A stretch of DNA of 64,000 nucleotides from Candidatus Niyogibacteria bacterium CG10_big_fil_rev_8_21_14_0_10_46_36 (GTDB taxonomy: Bacteria > Patescibacteriota > Minisyncoccia > 1-14-0-10-42-19): positions 244 to 64,243 of the forward strand of contig PFCO01000001.1 in the NCBI GenBank assembly GCA_002772995.1, read 5' to 3'. The position numbers and the translations under genes are program-made. Shown here in pieces: positions 9,958 to 19,951 of the stretch. Under the pieces are notes generated by a model. That model had not been told where the DNA came from. It saw only the letters and a program-made list of their open reading frames with translations, and searched no databases. Within the stretch, counting starts at the first letter, position 1, and every line of letters starts with the position of its first letter.

Positions 9958-11247
9958 ATGAATGAGGACTCTTATGCTCTTGTTATACGGGGAGGGAAAG
10001 AACTTTCCGGAGCCATTGCCGTAAACGGCGCAAAAAATGATGTCTTGTCACTTATGGCAGCATCTGTTGTATTTTCCCATCCAGTTACGCTTACAAATGT
10101 TCCGCGTATAAGCGATGTCGCGAAAATGAAAGCGCTTCTTGAGGGAATTGGCGTGCGGGTTACCGAAGACCCGGACAAACGAACTATTACGCTAGACCCG
10201 TCTTCTGTGAAAAATCCCGTTCTTGACGCCGCCCTTGCAGAAAAGATACGCGCTTCCGTTATGCTTATCGGGCCCGTTATGGCGCGTCTAGGCGAAATAA
10301 CATTTCCATATCCCGGCGGATGTGTTATCGGCAAACGGCCCATAGATTTTTTTATAAATGGATTCAAAAAACTCGGCGCTGACGTAACCGAATCGGATAC
10401 CGTATTCTCATTCCGTCTTAAAAAACACACGGGCGGGAACATCGTTCTTCCATACCCCAGCGTAACCGTAACTGAAACACTTATGATAAACTCGGCTCTT
10501 GGAAATGGAACGACAACTATTACAAATGCTGCATGTGAACCGGAGATAGAAAGCCTTGCGCAGTTTCTTGGCTCAGGGGGTGCCCATATCACGGGCGCCG
10601 GCACTCACACTATAACCGTTCAAGGAACAAATGGCAGATTGCTTGCGCAAAGCCGCCCCGAAGCATTCCCCGTATTGCCCGACAGGATAGAAGCAGGAAG
10701 CTTTGCGATACTTGCAAGTCTTCTTGGAAATCCTATCCGCATAACACAGTGTGCGCCCCGTCACATAGAAAGCCTCCTGGAGCGGCTCCGTGACCTTGGT
10801 GTATCGGTGCGCGCAGGGAATGACTGGATAGAAATACGGCGGCCAAAACAATTTACATCCGTAGACATAAAGACCGGGCCGTACCCTGCATTTGCAACTG
10901 ATCTTCAAGCTCCATTCACAGTGCTCTTAACGCAGGCGGGAGGAAAGGCCGTGGTATTTGAAACCGTCTTTGAGGAACGCCTTCATTACATAGAAGAGTT
11001 GAAACAGATGGGCGCGAATATAACGCTTTGCGACCCGCACCGCGCGATTGTTGTTGGACCAACGCCGCTTTCAGGGAGAGCTGTAAAAAGTCCGGATTTG
11101 CGCGCGGGGCTTGCGTTCATCATTGCAGGGCTCATTGCAAAAGGCGAATCAGTCATTCATAATGTATATCATATCGACAGAGGCTATGAAGACATTGAGG
11201 CACGCTTGCGCGCGCTTGGCGCATCTATAGAACGGCGGACTCTATAA
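9958..11247 (+). CDS. murA: UDP-N-acetylglucosamine 1-carboxyvinyltransferase MurA
   Basis: EPSP-synthase-like fold signatures (NGAKNDVLSLMAAS, catalytic Cys region PGGCVIGKRP); ATG at 9958. Confidence 0.9.
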   Translation: MNEDSYALVIRGGKELSGAIAVNGAKNDVLSLMAASVVFSHPVTLTNVPRISDVAKMKALLEGIGVRVTEDPDKRTITLDPSSVKNPVLDAALAEKIRASVMLIGPVMARLGEITFPYPGGCVIGKRPIDFFINGFKKLGADVTESDTVFSFRLKKHTGGNIVLPYPSVTVTETLMINSALGNGTTTITNAACEPEIESLAQFLGSGGAHITGAGTHTITVQGTNGRLLAQSRPEAFPVLPDRIEAGSFAILASLLGNPIRITQCAPRHIESLLERLRDLGVSVRAGNDWIEIRRPKQFTSVDIKTGPYPAFATDLQAPFTVLLTQAGGKAVVFETVFEERLHYIEELKQMGANITLCDPHRAIVVGPTPLSGRAVKSPDLRAGLAFIIAGLIAKGESVIHNVYHIDRGYEDIEARLRALGASIERRTL

Positions 11248-11258
11248 TCACTATTACC

Positions 11259-12272
11259 GTGGGAATTTTTACGACAAAATTAGGAATCGACCTGGGAACC
11301 GCAAACACGCTGGTGTTTGTCCCGAAAAAGGGGATCGTGCTGAACGAACCTTCTGTTGTTGCCGTTTCCCTTGCGGAAAATAAAGTGGTTGCGGTAGGGA
11401 ACGAGGCAAAGCGCATGGTGGGGAAAACGCCAGACACTATTATTGCATACCGTCCGATGAAAGACGGGGTTATTGCGGACTACCGCATCACCGAAACAAT
11501 GCTCCGCTATTACATAAAAAAAGCGCTCGGCAAGTGGAACATTGCAAAGCCTGAGGTGCTCATCTCCGTTCCTGCGGGAGTGACATCCACCGAAAAGCGT
11601 TCGGTAAGCGAAGCATCTCTGAAAGCGGGTTCAAAAAGAACATACATTATCAAAGAGCCTATTCTTGCAGCAATCGGCGCAGACATTCCGATTTATGAAC
11701 CGACCGGCCACATGGTGGTAGATATCGGCGGGGGTACAACTGATGCTGCGGTAATTTCGCTTGGCGGAATTGTTTCATCTACTTCAGTAAAAGTTGCAGG
11801 AAACAAGATAGACCAGGCAATATCCGATTATATTAAGAAGAATTACAACCTCGCGGTCGGCGATAAAAGCTCTGAAGATATCAAGATAAAGATCGGTTCT
11901 GCAATTCCTGTTGAAAAAGAAGCACGATACGAAATAAAAGGACGGGATCTCCTTACGGGACTCCCGCGGAGTATTGTCATCACAACAAACGAAGTTGTAA
12001 AAGCGATTGAAAGCGAACTCCGTGAAATAACAAAAGCAATAAAATATGTTCTTCAGGAAACACCGCCTGAACTTGCGGCAGATATTATTGACCAGGGGAT
12101 AGTCATGACAGGAGGATCGTCCCTTCTTCACAACATGACGGAGCTCGTATACCGCGCGACAGGCGTAAAAGCCCGGGTTGCTGACGATGCGCTTTTCTGT
12201 GTCGCAAAAGGAACCGGTATCGCACTTGACCACCTCGATACATACAAAAAGAGCCTCACCTCAAAATCATAA
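11259..12272 (+). CDS. mreB: Rod shape-determining protein MreB (paralog 1)
   Basis: GIDLGTANTLVFV actin-fold phosphate-1 motif, DIGGGTTD, full-length 337 aa. Confidence 0.9.
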   Translation: MGIFTTKLGIDLGTANTLVFVPKKGIVLNEPSVVAVSLAENKVVAVGNEAKRMVGKTPDTIIAYRPMKDGVIADYRITETMLRYYIKKALGKWNIAKPEVLISVPAGVTSTEKRSVSEASLKAGSKRTYIIKEPILAAIGADIPIYEPTGHMVVDIGGGTTDAAVISLGGIVSSTSVKVAGNKIDQAISDYIKKNYNLAVGDKSSEDIKIKIGSAIPVEKEARYEIKGRDLLTGLPRSIVITTNEVVKAIESELREITKAIKYVLQETPPELAADIIDQGIVMTGGSSLLHNMTELVYRATGVKARVADDALFCVAKGTGIALDHLDTYKKSLTSKS

Positions 12273-12279
12273 GCGTATC

Positions 12280-12909
12280 ATGCTTCTAGACGACCACATA
12301 CGCCAAAAAACGCTTGCGCATGCGTACTTTATTACCGGCATAGCAAAGCCATACCTTGAAACACTCTTCAGGCCCGAATCTTTTGAGGTAATTATGCATA
12401 CAGAAAAGACCGGTATCGACGAGGTCCGGAACATCCTAAAGCGCGTATCTCTTGCCTCCATACCTGACAAGCGGCAGGTTGTCATACTAAATGCCGACCT
12501 CCTCGGACGCGAAGCAAAAAGCGCGCTTTTGAAAATCCTTGAGGAGCCTCCCCCATACACGCACTTTATTCTCTATGGAACATCGAAAAAAACACTCACT
12601 CCCGCGATCGCATCCCGTTTATTAGACGGAGGAAAAATTGTATACGAAGAACCGGAAGACCAAAAAAAACGAGTTGCTGTGTTTTTGAAAGCCGGCAATG
12701 ATCCCAAAAAGCGGGAAGCAGCACTCAAAGATATCGCCGACACCGCATCGCTTGCTCTATTTCTCCATGCGCTTGAAAACACCGTCCGCAAAGAAGCACA
12801 AGCGGAACGCGCGACGACACAGGAACGGATACATATTGCGCGCACCTTGCTTTCGCATCCGGTGCCCGTCGTATCATCCATTAAAGATTATATTTCGCTT
12901 CTTCTATGA
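12280..12909 (+). CDS. DNA polymerase III delta-prime (HolB)-like AAA+ clamp-loader subunit, short form
   Basis: AAA+ lid/box motifs (AYFITG, VVILNADLL...EAKSALLKILEEPP, TxxxILPTIxSR-like AIASRL); internal ATG at 12280 chosen because upstream ORF portion overlaps mreB. Confidence 0.5.
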   Translation: MLLDDHIRQKTLAHAYFITGIAKPYLETLFRPESFEVIMHTEKTGIDEVRNILKRVSLASIPDKRQVVILNADLLGREAKSALLKILEEPPPYTHFILYGTSKKTLTPAIASRLLDGGKIVYEEPEDQKKRVAVFLKAGNDPKKREAALKDIADTASLALFLHALENTVRKEAQAERATTQERIHIARTLLSHPVPVVSSIKDYISLLL

Positions 12910-13039
12910 AAAAGGCTTTTTTGATATTATTCTTTATGTTTATACTTGCGATATTGGTCGTTCTATTCCAATCCTTATTTGAGGGCGGAATAGGCACCTT
13001 TTTCGAGAGGTTTAAATTATTCCCTTAGTATCACTTTTT

Positions 13040-13591
13040 ATGGCTTACGATTTTTCTTATCTCACACAAGAATCAGACAAAATAAAAGATTGGCTTCAAC
13101 ATGAAATATCAGGACTCCGTACTGGCAGGGCCTCCCCACAGCTTGTGGAGAATGTAAAAGCGGATTACTACGGCCAACAAACACCAATAAAGCACATTGC
13201 CGCGATCACTATTCAGGATGCGCATACTATTGTTATCCAACCGTGGGACAAAAGCGCAATACCGGTCATTGAAAAAGCGCTCAACCAATCTGAAGTAGGC
13301 ATAAAGCCGGTTGTGGACAAAGATATCATCCGCCTGACGCTTCCGGAGCTGACCGGCGAACGCCGCGAACAACTCAAAAAAGTGGTTCGTGAAAAATTAG
13401 AAGAAGCAAAAATAACATTGCGAAAAATCCGCCATGAGGTTCTTGCCGACATAGAAGAACAAGAAAAAGCAAAGGAGATGAGCGAAGACGACAAATTCCG
13501 TTACAAAGAAGACCTCCAGAAGCACATAGAGAAAGCGACGGAGGAACTTGACGCAGTCGCTCTGCGCAAAACAAAAGAAATAGAATCATAA
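13040..13591 (+). CDS. frr: Ribosome recycling factor
   Basis: Characteristic RRF sequence (LRTGRASPQLVENVKADYYG, IRLTLPELTGERR), 183 aa. Confidence 0.9.
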   Translation: MAYDFSYLTQESDKIKDWLQHEISGLRTGRASPQLVENVKADYYGQQTPIKHIAAITIQDAHTIVIQPWDKSAIPVIEKALNQSEVGIKPVVDKDIIRLTLPELTGERREQLKKVVREKLEEAKITLRKIRHEVLADIEEQEKAKEMSEDDKFRYKEDLQKHIEKATEELDAVALRKTKEIES

Positions 13592-13600
13592 TCGCACACC

Positions 13601-14677
13601 ATGACTATACTCTTATTTATTATCATCCTCGCATTCCTTATTCTTTCCCATGAATTCGGACACTTTATCACTGCAAAACGATCGGGCATCCGCGTAGAAG
13701 AATTTGGATTAGGCTTTCCCCCGCGTCTTTTTGGTATTAAGCGGGGAGAAACCCTCTATTCATTTAACCTAATCCCATTTGGTGGATTCGTAAAAATAGA
13801 AGGCGAGGAGGGGGAGCACCCCGACGACCCGAAGAGCTTTGCAGCAAAGCCGGCCTATATCAAAGCCGCGGTGCTTGTCGCGGGAGTTTTTTTTAATCTT
13901 CTGTTCGCATATCTTTTATTCGTCGCTATCAGCTGGGCGGGGACCCCCACGGATATCGGAGATGAAACACCGCCGGGCACCCGGGATATACGCATACTTG
14001 TAGGAAGTGTCGATGCTGAGTCTCCTGCAGAAAACGCGGGACTCATTACGGGAGACACTATTGTCCGGGCAAGTTTTGGAGAAGCATCTGCCGATATTCA
14101 CACCATAAGCGATATTCAGGCGTTCACCGAAGAATATAAAGGAGAGACCATCCAGCTAACACTCTTTCGCGACAAACATGAAGAAACAATACCTGTGCTT
14201 GCACGCGCAAATCCGCCTCCCGGAGAAGGGCCGCTCGGCATTTCGCTTCTTCGTGTAGGAATTGTAAAATCGCCCTGGTACAAAGCGCTATGGGAGGGCG
14301 CAGAAACTCTTGCGCGGAGCTTCTATCTTGTCATTATGGGTTTTTACGATATTATACGCATTGCTCTTGCGGGCGAGGACACAAGCGCGTACCTTGCAGG
14401 ACCTATCGGCATTGTTTCCCTTGTAGGGCAATCGCTTGATCTTGGCTTTTTATTTCTTTTGCAATTCACCGCAATCCTGGCAGTGCACCTGGCAGTCATT
14501 AATCTTGTGCCATTCCCTGCGCTTGATGGGGGAAGACTTTTCTTTTTGCTCATAGAAACGGTGATGCGCCGCCCACTTCCAAAAACATTCACTAATTACG
14601 CAAACACACTTGGATTCTTTTTCCTCATCGGGCTGATGCTCTTGATAACGGCTGCGGACGTAAAAAAGCTTTTTTAA
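13601..14677 (+). CDS. rseP: RIP site-2 metalloprotease RseP (M50 family) with PDZ domain
   Basis: HEFGH zinc motif in first TM, PDZ segment, LDGG motif in C-terminal TM region. Confidence 0.85.
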   Translation: MTILLFIIILAFLILSHEFGHFITAKRSGIRVEEFGLGFPPRLFGIKRGETLYSFNLIPFGGFVKIEGEEGEHPDDPKSFAAKPAYIKAAVLVAGVFFNLLFAYLLFVAISWAGTPTDIGDETPPGTRDIRILVGSVDAESPAENAGLITGDTIVRASFGEASADIHTISDIQAFTEEYKGETIQLTLFRDKHEETIPVLARANPPPGEGPLGISLLRVGIVKSPWYKALWEGAETLARSFYLVIMGFYDIIRIALAGEDTSAYLAGPIGIVSLVGQSLDLGFLFLLQFTAILAVHLAVINLVPFPALDGGRLFFLLIETVMRRPLPKTFTNYANTLGFFFLIGLMLLITAADVKKLF

Positions 14678-14755
14678 GACTCCTTCCACACGCGCATTTC
14701 CCTTTATTTGCAACGCATATTGATAATACGCTCTAATGCTGGTACTTTAGAGTAT

Positions 14756-16009
14756 ATGCGCCAATCGCAACTCTTCGGAAAATCCAAAAAAGAAAAACCA
14801 GCGGATGAAATTGCAAAAAACGCCATCCTTCTTGAACAAGGCGGTTTTGTTTATAAGACCATGGCGGGGGTGTACGACTACTTACCACTGGGGTTTCGCG
14901 TGCTCGAAAAAATAAATACAATTATCCGCGAAGAAATGGATGCGATAGGCGGACAAGAGCTCTTTTTATCTGCACTACAGCCACGCGAACGATGGGAAAA
15001 AACAGGACGATGGGAAAAATTAAAAGAGATTATGTACCAATTCCGAGATAATTCCGGACGGGACATTGGACTTGCAACCACTCATGAGGAGGCGCTTGCC
15101 GAAATCGCGACGCAATCTATCCAGTCATACAAAGACCTTCCGCTTTTTGTGTATCAAATACAAACAAAATTCCGCGATGAACCGCGCGCAAAATCAGGAC
15201 TTATGCGCGGACGCGAATTTTTGATGAAAGACCTCTACAGCTTCCATGCGTCAAAAGAAGACCTGGATGCCTTTTACATGCGCGCGGGAAAGGCGTACGA
15301 AACCATATTTTCACGAATGAACCTCCCGGCCCTTGCGACAGAGGCTGGTGGAGGAACATTCACCGATGACATTACTCATGAATACCAGGTGCTTTCCGAA
15401 GCGGGAGAGGATATTATTTTTTATTGCAAAAAATGCCATTTTTCCCAAAACAAAGAAATTGCCAATCTTGCCGAAGGAGACTCATGTCCCAAGTGCACGG
15501 GGGCGATAGCTACGGGGAAAAGCATTGAGGTGGGTAATATTTTCCGCCTCGGCACGACTTTTGCAGAAGCTTTTGGTCTCATGTACAGCGACGAAAAAGG
15601 AAGGAAATACCCCGTGTGGATGGGGAGTTACGGCATCGGCCCAGGACGCCTTATGGCTACCGCGGTTGAGGTGCATGCCGATGAAAGGGGAATTGCTTGG
15701 CCGAAAACATTAAGCCCGTTCCAAACCCACCTGGTAGCAATTTCCGGGAACGACCCCGGCATAGAAAAACAGGCAGAAACATTTTATACTACGCTTACGG
15801 AACGTGGCATCGATGTTCTTTTTGACGATCGAAAAGAAAAAACACCGGGAGAAAAATTTGCCGACGCCGATCTTATCGGCATTCCGCTCCGGATAGTTAT
15901 TTCCGCAAAGACACTGACAGAGGACTCAGTTGAATTAAAAAAACGGAACGAGAAATCGGCGATACTTATTCCTAAAAAAGATATTGATACAATCATCGCA
16001 TCATGCTAA
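14756..16009 (+). CDS. proS: Prolyl-tRNA synthetase, short form lacking bacterial INS editing domain
   Basis: Class II aaRS motif 2 (MRGREFLMKDLYSFH), motif 3, anticodon-binding C-terminus; ATG at 14756 (ORF track begins at TTG). Confidence 0.8.
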   Translation: MRQSQLFGKSKKEKPADEIAKNAILLEQGGFVYKTMAGVYDYLPLGFRVLEKINTIIREEMDAIGGQELFLSALQPRERWEKTGRWEKLKEIMYQFRDNSGRDIGLATTHEEALAEIATQSIQSYKDLPLFVYQIQTKFRDEPRAKSGLMRGREFLMKDLYSFHASKEDLDAFYMRAGKAYETIFSRMNLPALATEAGGGTFTDDITHEYQVLSEAGEDIIFYCKKCHFSQNKEIANLAEGDSCPKCTGAIATGKSIEVGNIFRLGTTFAEAFGLMYSDEKGRKYPVWMGSYGIGPGRLMATAVEVHADERGIAWPKTLSPFQTHLVAISGNDPGIEKQAETFYTTLTERGIDVLFDDRKEKTPGEKFADADLIGIPLRIVISAKTLTEDSVELKKRNEKSAILIPKKDIDTIIASC

Positions 16010-16048
16010 ACAATCTGTTCAGTTTGTATAACACAATCCCGACACCAT

Positions 16049-17107
16049 ATGAATCTATTCAATAAAATTTTTAGTTTATTTTCACACGACATTGGCATTG
16101 ATCTTGGTACTGCAAATACGCTCGTCTATGTAAAAGGACGCGGCGTTATTATCAACGAACCATCGCTTGTCGCGCTGAACAAAAAAACAGAGCAGGTAGT
16201 TGCTATCGGGAAAAACGCAAAACAAATGATTGGGCGCACGCCCGCACATATTGGCATCATCCGCCCGCTTATTGAGGGCGTGGTGTCCAACTTTGAAATA
16301 ACTCAAGAAATGCTCTCGTACTTCATCAAAAAAGTACACTCCGAGGGCAAGCAACTTTTTGCCCGTCCGCGCGTAGTCGTTGGTGTTCCGTCGGAGATTA
16401 CAGAAGTCGAGCGCCGCGCCGTACGGGATGCGTCCCAGAACGCCGGAGCACGAGAAACATATTTGGTAGAAGAACCGATGGCAGCTGCCATCGGCATCGG
16501 GCTCCCCGTAAAAGAGCCGGTGGGTAACATGATAGTTGATATCGGCGGAGGAACGACCGACATTGCGGTTATTTCTCTTGGGGGTATTGTTACCTCTATG
16601 AACTTGCGGGTTGCCGGGGACAAGCTCAATGACGATATTGTTTCGTATTCACGAGACGAATTACGGCTTTTTCTAGGAGAAAAAACGGCCGAAGATGTAA
16701 AAGTTGCAATTGGCATGGCGTACAAAGTGGGCCAAACACAAGAATCAACCATACGAGGACGGGACATTATCAGCGGCCTTCCACGCGAAGTTATCATCAC
16801 TGATGACGATATCCAAGAAGCAATGTCCAAGTCAATCAAAATAATTATTGAATCAGTCAAGGAAGTTATCGAAACTACCCCGCCAGAGCTCGTCGCAGAT
16901 ATCATGCAGCGGGGGATATACCTCGTAGGGGGCGGATCATATCTTCGCGGCATCGGCATGCTTATTCAGCGCGAAACAAAGATTCCCGTAAAAGTTCCCG
17001 ATGACCCTATGTATGCGGTGGTGAACGGATGCGGCATCATTCTTGATAATTTTGAAGAATACCAAAGCGTCTTAATACAAGACAGCGAAGAGATTATTCC
17101 TCAATAA
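16049..17107 (+). CDS. mreB: Rod shape-determining protein MreB (paralog 2, in mreBCD operon)
   Basis: GIDLGTANTLVYV, DIGGGTTD; followed directly by mreC/mreD-like genes. Confidence 0.9.
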   Translation: MNLFNKIFSLFSHDIGIDLGTANTLVYVKGRGVIINEPSLVALNKKTEQVVAIGKNAKQMIGRTPAHIGIIRPLIEGVVSNFEITQEMLSYFIKKVHSEGKQLFARPRVVVGVPSEITEVERRAVRDASQNAGARETYLVEEPMAAAIGIGLPVKEPVGNMIVDIGGGTTDIAVISLGGIVTSMNLRVAGDKLNDDIVSYSRDELRLFLGEKTAEDVKVAIGMAYKVGQTQESTIRGRDIISGLPREVIITDDDIQEAMSKSIKIIIESVKEVIETTPPELVADIMQRGIYLVGGGSYLRGIGMLIQRETKIPVKVPDDPMYAVVNGCGIILDNFEEYQSVLIQDSEEIIPQ

Positions 17108-17132
17108 TATTTTCTTTACCATTTTTTGTGTA

Positions 17133-17894
17133 ATGCGGACCTTGTTTAAAAAAGGATGGCTTTTTATCATAGCGATTATCTTAATCGCTCTTTTTTCGTG
17201 GGGAGATGCGCGGCGCATGGGGGTATCATTTTTCATGCTCATCCAAAAACCATTCTCGGCAAGCGCCGAATATATATCCAATACATCAGCATATATCTGG
17301 AGCTATGTTCAATCCAAAGACCGCCTCACCGAAGAGCGTGATGCGCTCACTGCAGAGATAGAACGCCTGCGGACAGAACTTGCGCTCACCGAAGACATAC
17401 GGAGCGACTACGATTCGCTCCTGAAGGCAATTGATGAATCTCCGGACGAAGGAACCATCGCGCGTGTCCTCCCAAATCCCTCATCCCATACATTTGGCAT
17501 AATAACAGTGAACAAGGGAAGCGAGGACGGCATTCAGACAAACATGAAAGCCCTGCTTCATGGCACAATACTTGTGGGGTTTGTAGAAGAGGTATCCGCG
17601 CACTCAGCGCGCGTCCGCTTATTATCGTCATTCAACACAGAAACACAGTTAAAACTCGGTGATACACAATCTACTATTCTTGCAACGGGCCGGGGAGACG
17701 GCTTATTGCAGATTACCCTTCCGCGCGATTTTCCGGTTATCCCGGGGGACCGGCTTTTGTACATTGATTCGGCTCCATTCCTTGCTGCTATCGTTGACAC
17801 AGTAAAAGAACCGGGGGCGGAATCAACCCGGAAGATTCAGGCAACAACACCATTTAATCCGAGAACTATTTCTCTCGTTGCTCTTGTTCCTTAA
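17133..17894 (+). CDS. mreC: Rod shape-determining protein MreC
   Basis: N-terminal TM, coiled coil, C-terminal beta domain with GDxxxTxG-like and PxGxxIG-like (VIPGDRLLYIDS) signatures; synteny after mreB. Confidence 0.7.
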   Translation: MRTLFKKGWLFIIAIILIALFSWGDARRMGVSFFMLIQKPFSASAEYISNTSAYIWSYVQSKDRLTEERDALTAEIERLRTELALTEDIRSDYDSLLKAIDESPDEGTIARVLPNPSSHTFGIITVNKGSEDGIQTNMKALLHGTILVGFVEEVSAHSARVRLLSSFNTETQLKLGDTQSTILATGRGDGLLQITLPRDFPVIPGDRLLYIDSAPFLAAIVDTVKEPGAESTRKIQATTPFNPRTISLVALVP

Positions 17895-18268
17895 TGAAGA
17901 CATTCTTTCTCCGTACTGCTTTTTTCCTCATCGGAGCGGTTGGCATATTCCTTGCGCCGTGGGTAACGCTCGTGTGCGGCGCTTTTTTATTTTCACTCTA
18001 TTTTAAAAACCCGCTTGAAATACTTATCCTTGGCTTAGCATTTGAATTTCTTTCCGGCATTCCTCCGGGAACTGTCATTCTTCCGCTTGCATTTACCATA
18101 GCGCTCCAAAATGAGCTTAAGGACCGCTTGGATGCTGACTCGTTCATCGCGATAGTAATCCTCCTTGCGGTTTCCATATTTGTATTTATCTCCATCCGGG
18201 CGCTTTTTTTGCTCATCTTATTCGGCTATCCGGGCGTTCTCGCGTGGCAATTTTTCACCCTTTTTTAA
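17894..18268 (+). CDS. mreD: MreD-like small polytopic membrane protein
   Basis: 124 aa, 4-5 TM helices, overlaps mreC stop (ATGA); call rests on synteny. Confidence 0.45.
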   Translation: MKTFFLRTAFFLIGAVGIFLAPWVTLVCGAFLFSLYFKNPLEILILGLAFEFLSGIPPGTVILPLAFTIALQNELKDRLDADSFIAIVILLAVSIFVFISIRALFLLILFGYPGVLAWQFFTLF

Positions 18269-18305
18269 GCTGACGAAAACAAAAATGCTATGATATCATA
18301 CATAT

Positions 18306-19934
18306 ATGGCTAGTTATTCCATAATCATACGAAATGGCCGCGTTATTGATGGGAAGCGCTCCGCCCCCAAACAGGCGGATGTTGGCATTAAGGACGGCAA
18401 AATCATGGCAGTCGGCGATCTTTCGGTTGAAACGGGAGAGAAAGAGATAGACGCACGGGATCGCTATGTTGTGCCCGGATTTATAGATATCACCTCACAT
18501 TCCGATACGTATTGGACGCTTTTTAACTATCCGCTTCAAGAAAGTCTTTTGTGGCAAGGCGTTACCACTATTATTGGCGGCAATTGCGGTGCGTCACTCG
18601 CACCCCTTGTCTCCGGACAGGAAATAGAGGCGATACAAAAATGGACCGACACAACAACAATTAATATCAACTGGCAATCAGTGGAGGAATTATTTGATGA
18701 ATTGGACCGCCATCGTTTTGGTGTTAATGTGGGAACTCTCATTGGATTCGGAACAATACGCCGCGGAGTTGTAAAAAACATCAATGCTCCCGCGTCAACC
18801 GGAGAAATAGAAAAAATGAAATTTCTGCTCCAAAACGCAATCAAGGCAGGGGCATTTGGCCTTTCAACAAGCCTTGGACGTTCCCACGAACAACTTGCAA
18901 GCAAAGAGGAGCTCATGGCACTCTCCGAGGTAACCGCGGAAGCGGGCGGTATCGTAAAGTACCACCTCCGCAATGAAGGGGAGGGAATACTCCCGGCGCT
19001 CTCCGAGGCAATTGCGATTGCTCGAGACATTACAAGCAACCACCCGCCGACAAAAGAAAACCCGCGCCCATTCCACACGCATATTTCGCATTTTAAAATT
19101 CTTGGGAAACAGTCCTGGCCGTTCTTTGACGAAGTGTTGCACATGGTAGAACAAGCGCAGAAAGACGGTATTGCGATAACTATGGACATGTTCCCGTATA
19201 CACGAACCGGGTCAAGCCTGTATCTTTTGTTGCCATCCTGGGCCCGCGAAGGTGGCGGAGACGCAATGCTGAAACGATTGAGCGAAGAAGAAACGCGCAA
19301 GGCAATACAGGAAGATTTAAAAAAGCTCACACTGCATTATGAAAGAATAGTTGTCGCAAGTACCTTCCGCGATCAAACAGCGATCGGCAAAACAATAGCG
19401 GAACTTGCTGGGGAAACAAGCCTCACACCAGAAGAGGTTATTTTGAATCTTCTCCAAATCAACAATCTCAATGTTTCCATATTTAACGAAGTCATATCAG
19501 AAGAACATGTAATAGCGCTCGCGAAACGCCCGTACATTTATTTCGCATCGGATGGCGCGGGATTTAATGTCACAAAAAAGACCCCGAATATACTCCCGCA
19601 CCCGCGTTCTTTCGGCGCATTCCCTCGTGTATTGAGCGAATTCGTTAAGGAAAAATCTATTCTTTCGTGGGAAGAGGCAGTCCATAAAATGACATACCTC
19701 CCCGCAAAGCTTTTGGGCATAGACGACCGGGGGGTAATCGAGAAGGGCGCGCATGCCGACATTGTTGTCTTGCACCCCGAAAAGATACTCGACAAGGCAA
19801 CATACGAAAATCCGCTTCAGTATTCGGAGGGTATAGAGGTTGTATGCTTAAACGGTGAGATTGTTCTTGAGAACGGGGAAATCAGAAAAGATCCCGCGGG
19901 AATCGTTGTCAAAAAACAAAACGGGACATCATAA
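18306..19934 (+). CDS. Amidohydrolase superfamily, N-acyl-D-amino-acid deacylase (D-aminoacylase)-like
   Basis: N-terminal beta-sandwich (IIRNGRVIDG...KDGKIMAVGDL), metal-binding-like PGFIDITSHSD, C-terminal VVLxNGEIV typical of D-aminoacylase family; 542 aa. Confidence 0.6.
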   Translation: MASYSIIIRNGRVIDGKRSAPKQADVGIKDGKIMAVGDLSVETGEKEIDARDRYVVPGFIDITSHSDTYWTLFNYPLQESLLWQGVTTIIGGNCGASLAPLVSGQEIEAIQKWTDTTTININWQSVEELFDELDRHRFGVNVGTLIGFGTIRRGVVKNINAPASTGEIEKMKFLLQNAIKAGAFGLSTSLGRSHEQLASKEELMALSEVTAEAGGIVKYHLRNEGEGILPALSEAIAIARDITSNHPPTKENPRPFHTHISHFKILGKQSWPFFDEVLHMVEQAQKDGIAITMDMFPYTRTGSSLYLLLPSWAREGGGDAMLKRLSEEETRKAIQEDLKKLTLHYERIVVASTFRDQTAIGKTIAELAGETSLTPEEVILNLLQINNLNVSIFNEVISEEHVIALAKRPYIYFASDGAGFNVTKKTPNILPHPRSFGAFPRVLSEFVKEKSILSWEEAVHKMTYLPAKLLGIDDRGVIEKGAHADIVVLHPEKILDKATYENPLQYSEGIEVVCLNGEIVLENGEIRKDPAGIVVKKQNGTS

Positions 19935-19951
19935 CCCGTTTCTCTTCGATA

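Noticed and set aside
12178-12279. 5' extension of the holB-like ORF overlapping the mreB 3' end
   Set aside because: The extension has no motif and overlaps mreB in another frame. The ATG at 12280, just after the mreB stop, is a cleaner start.
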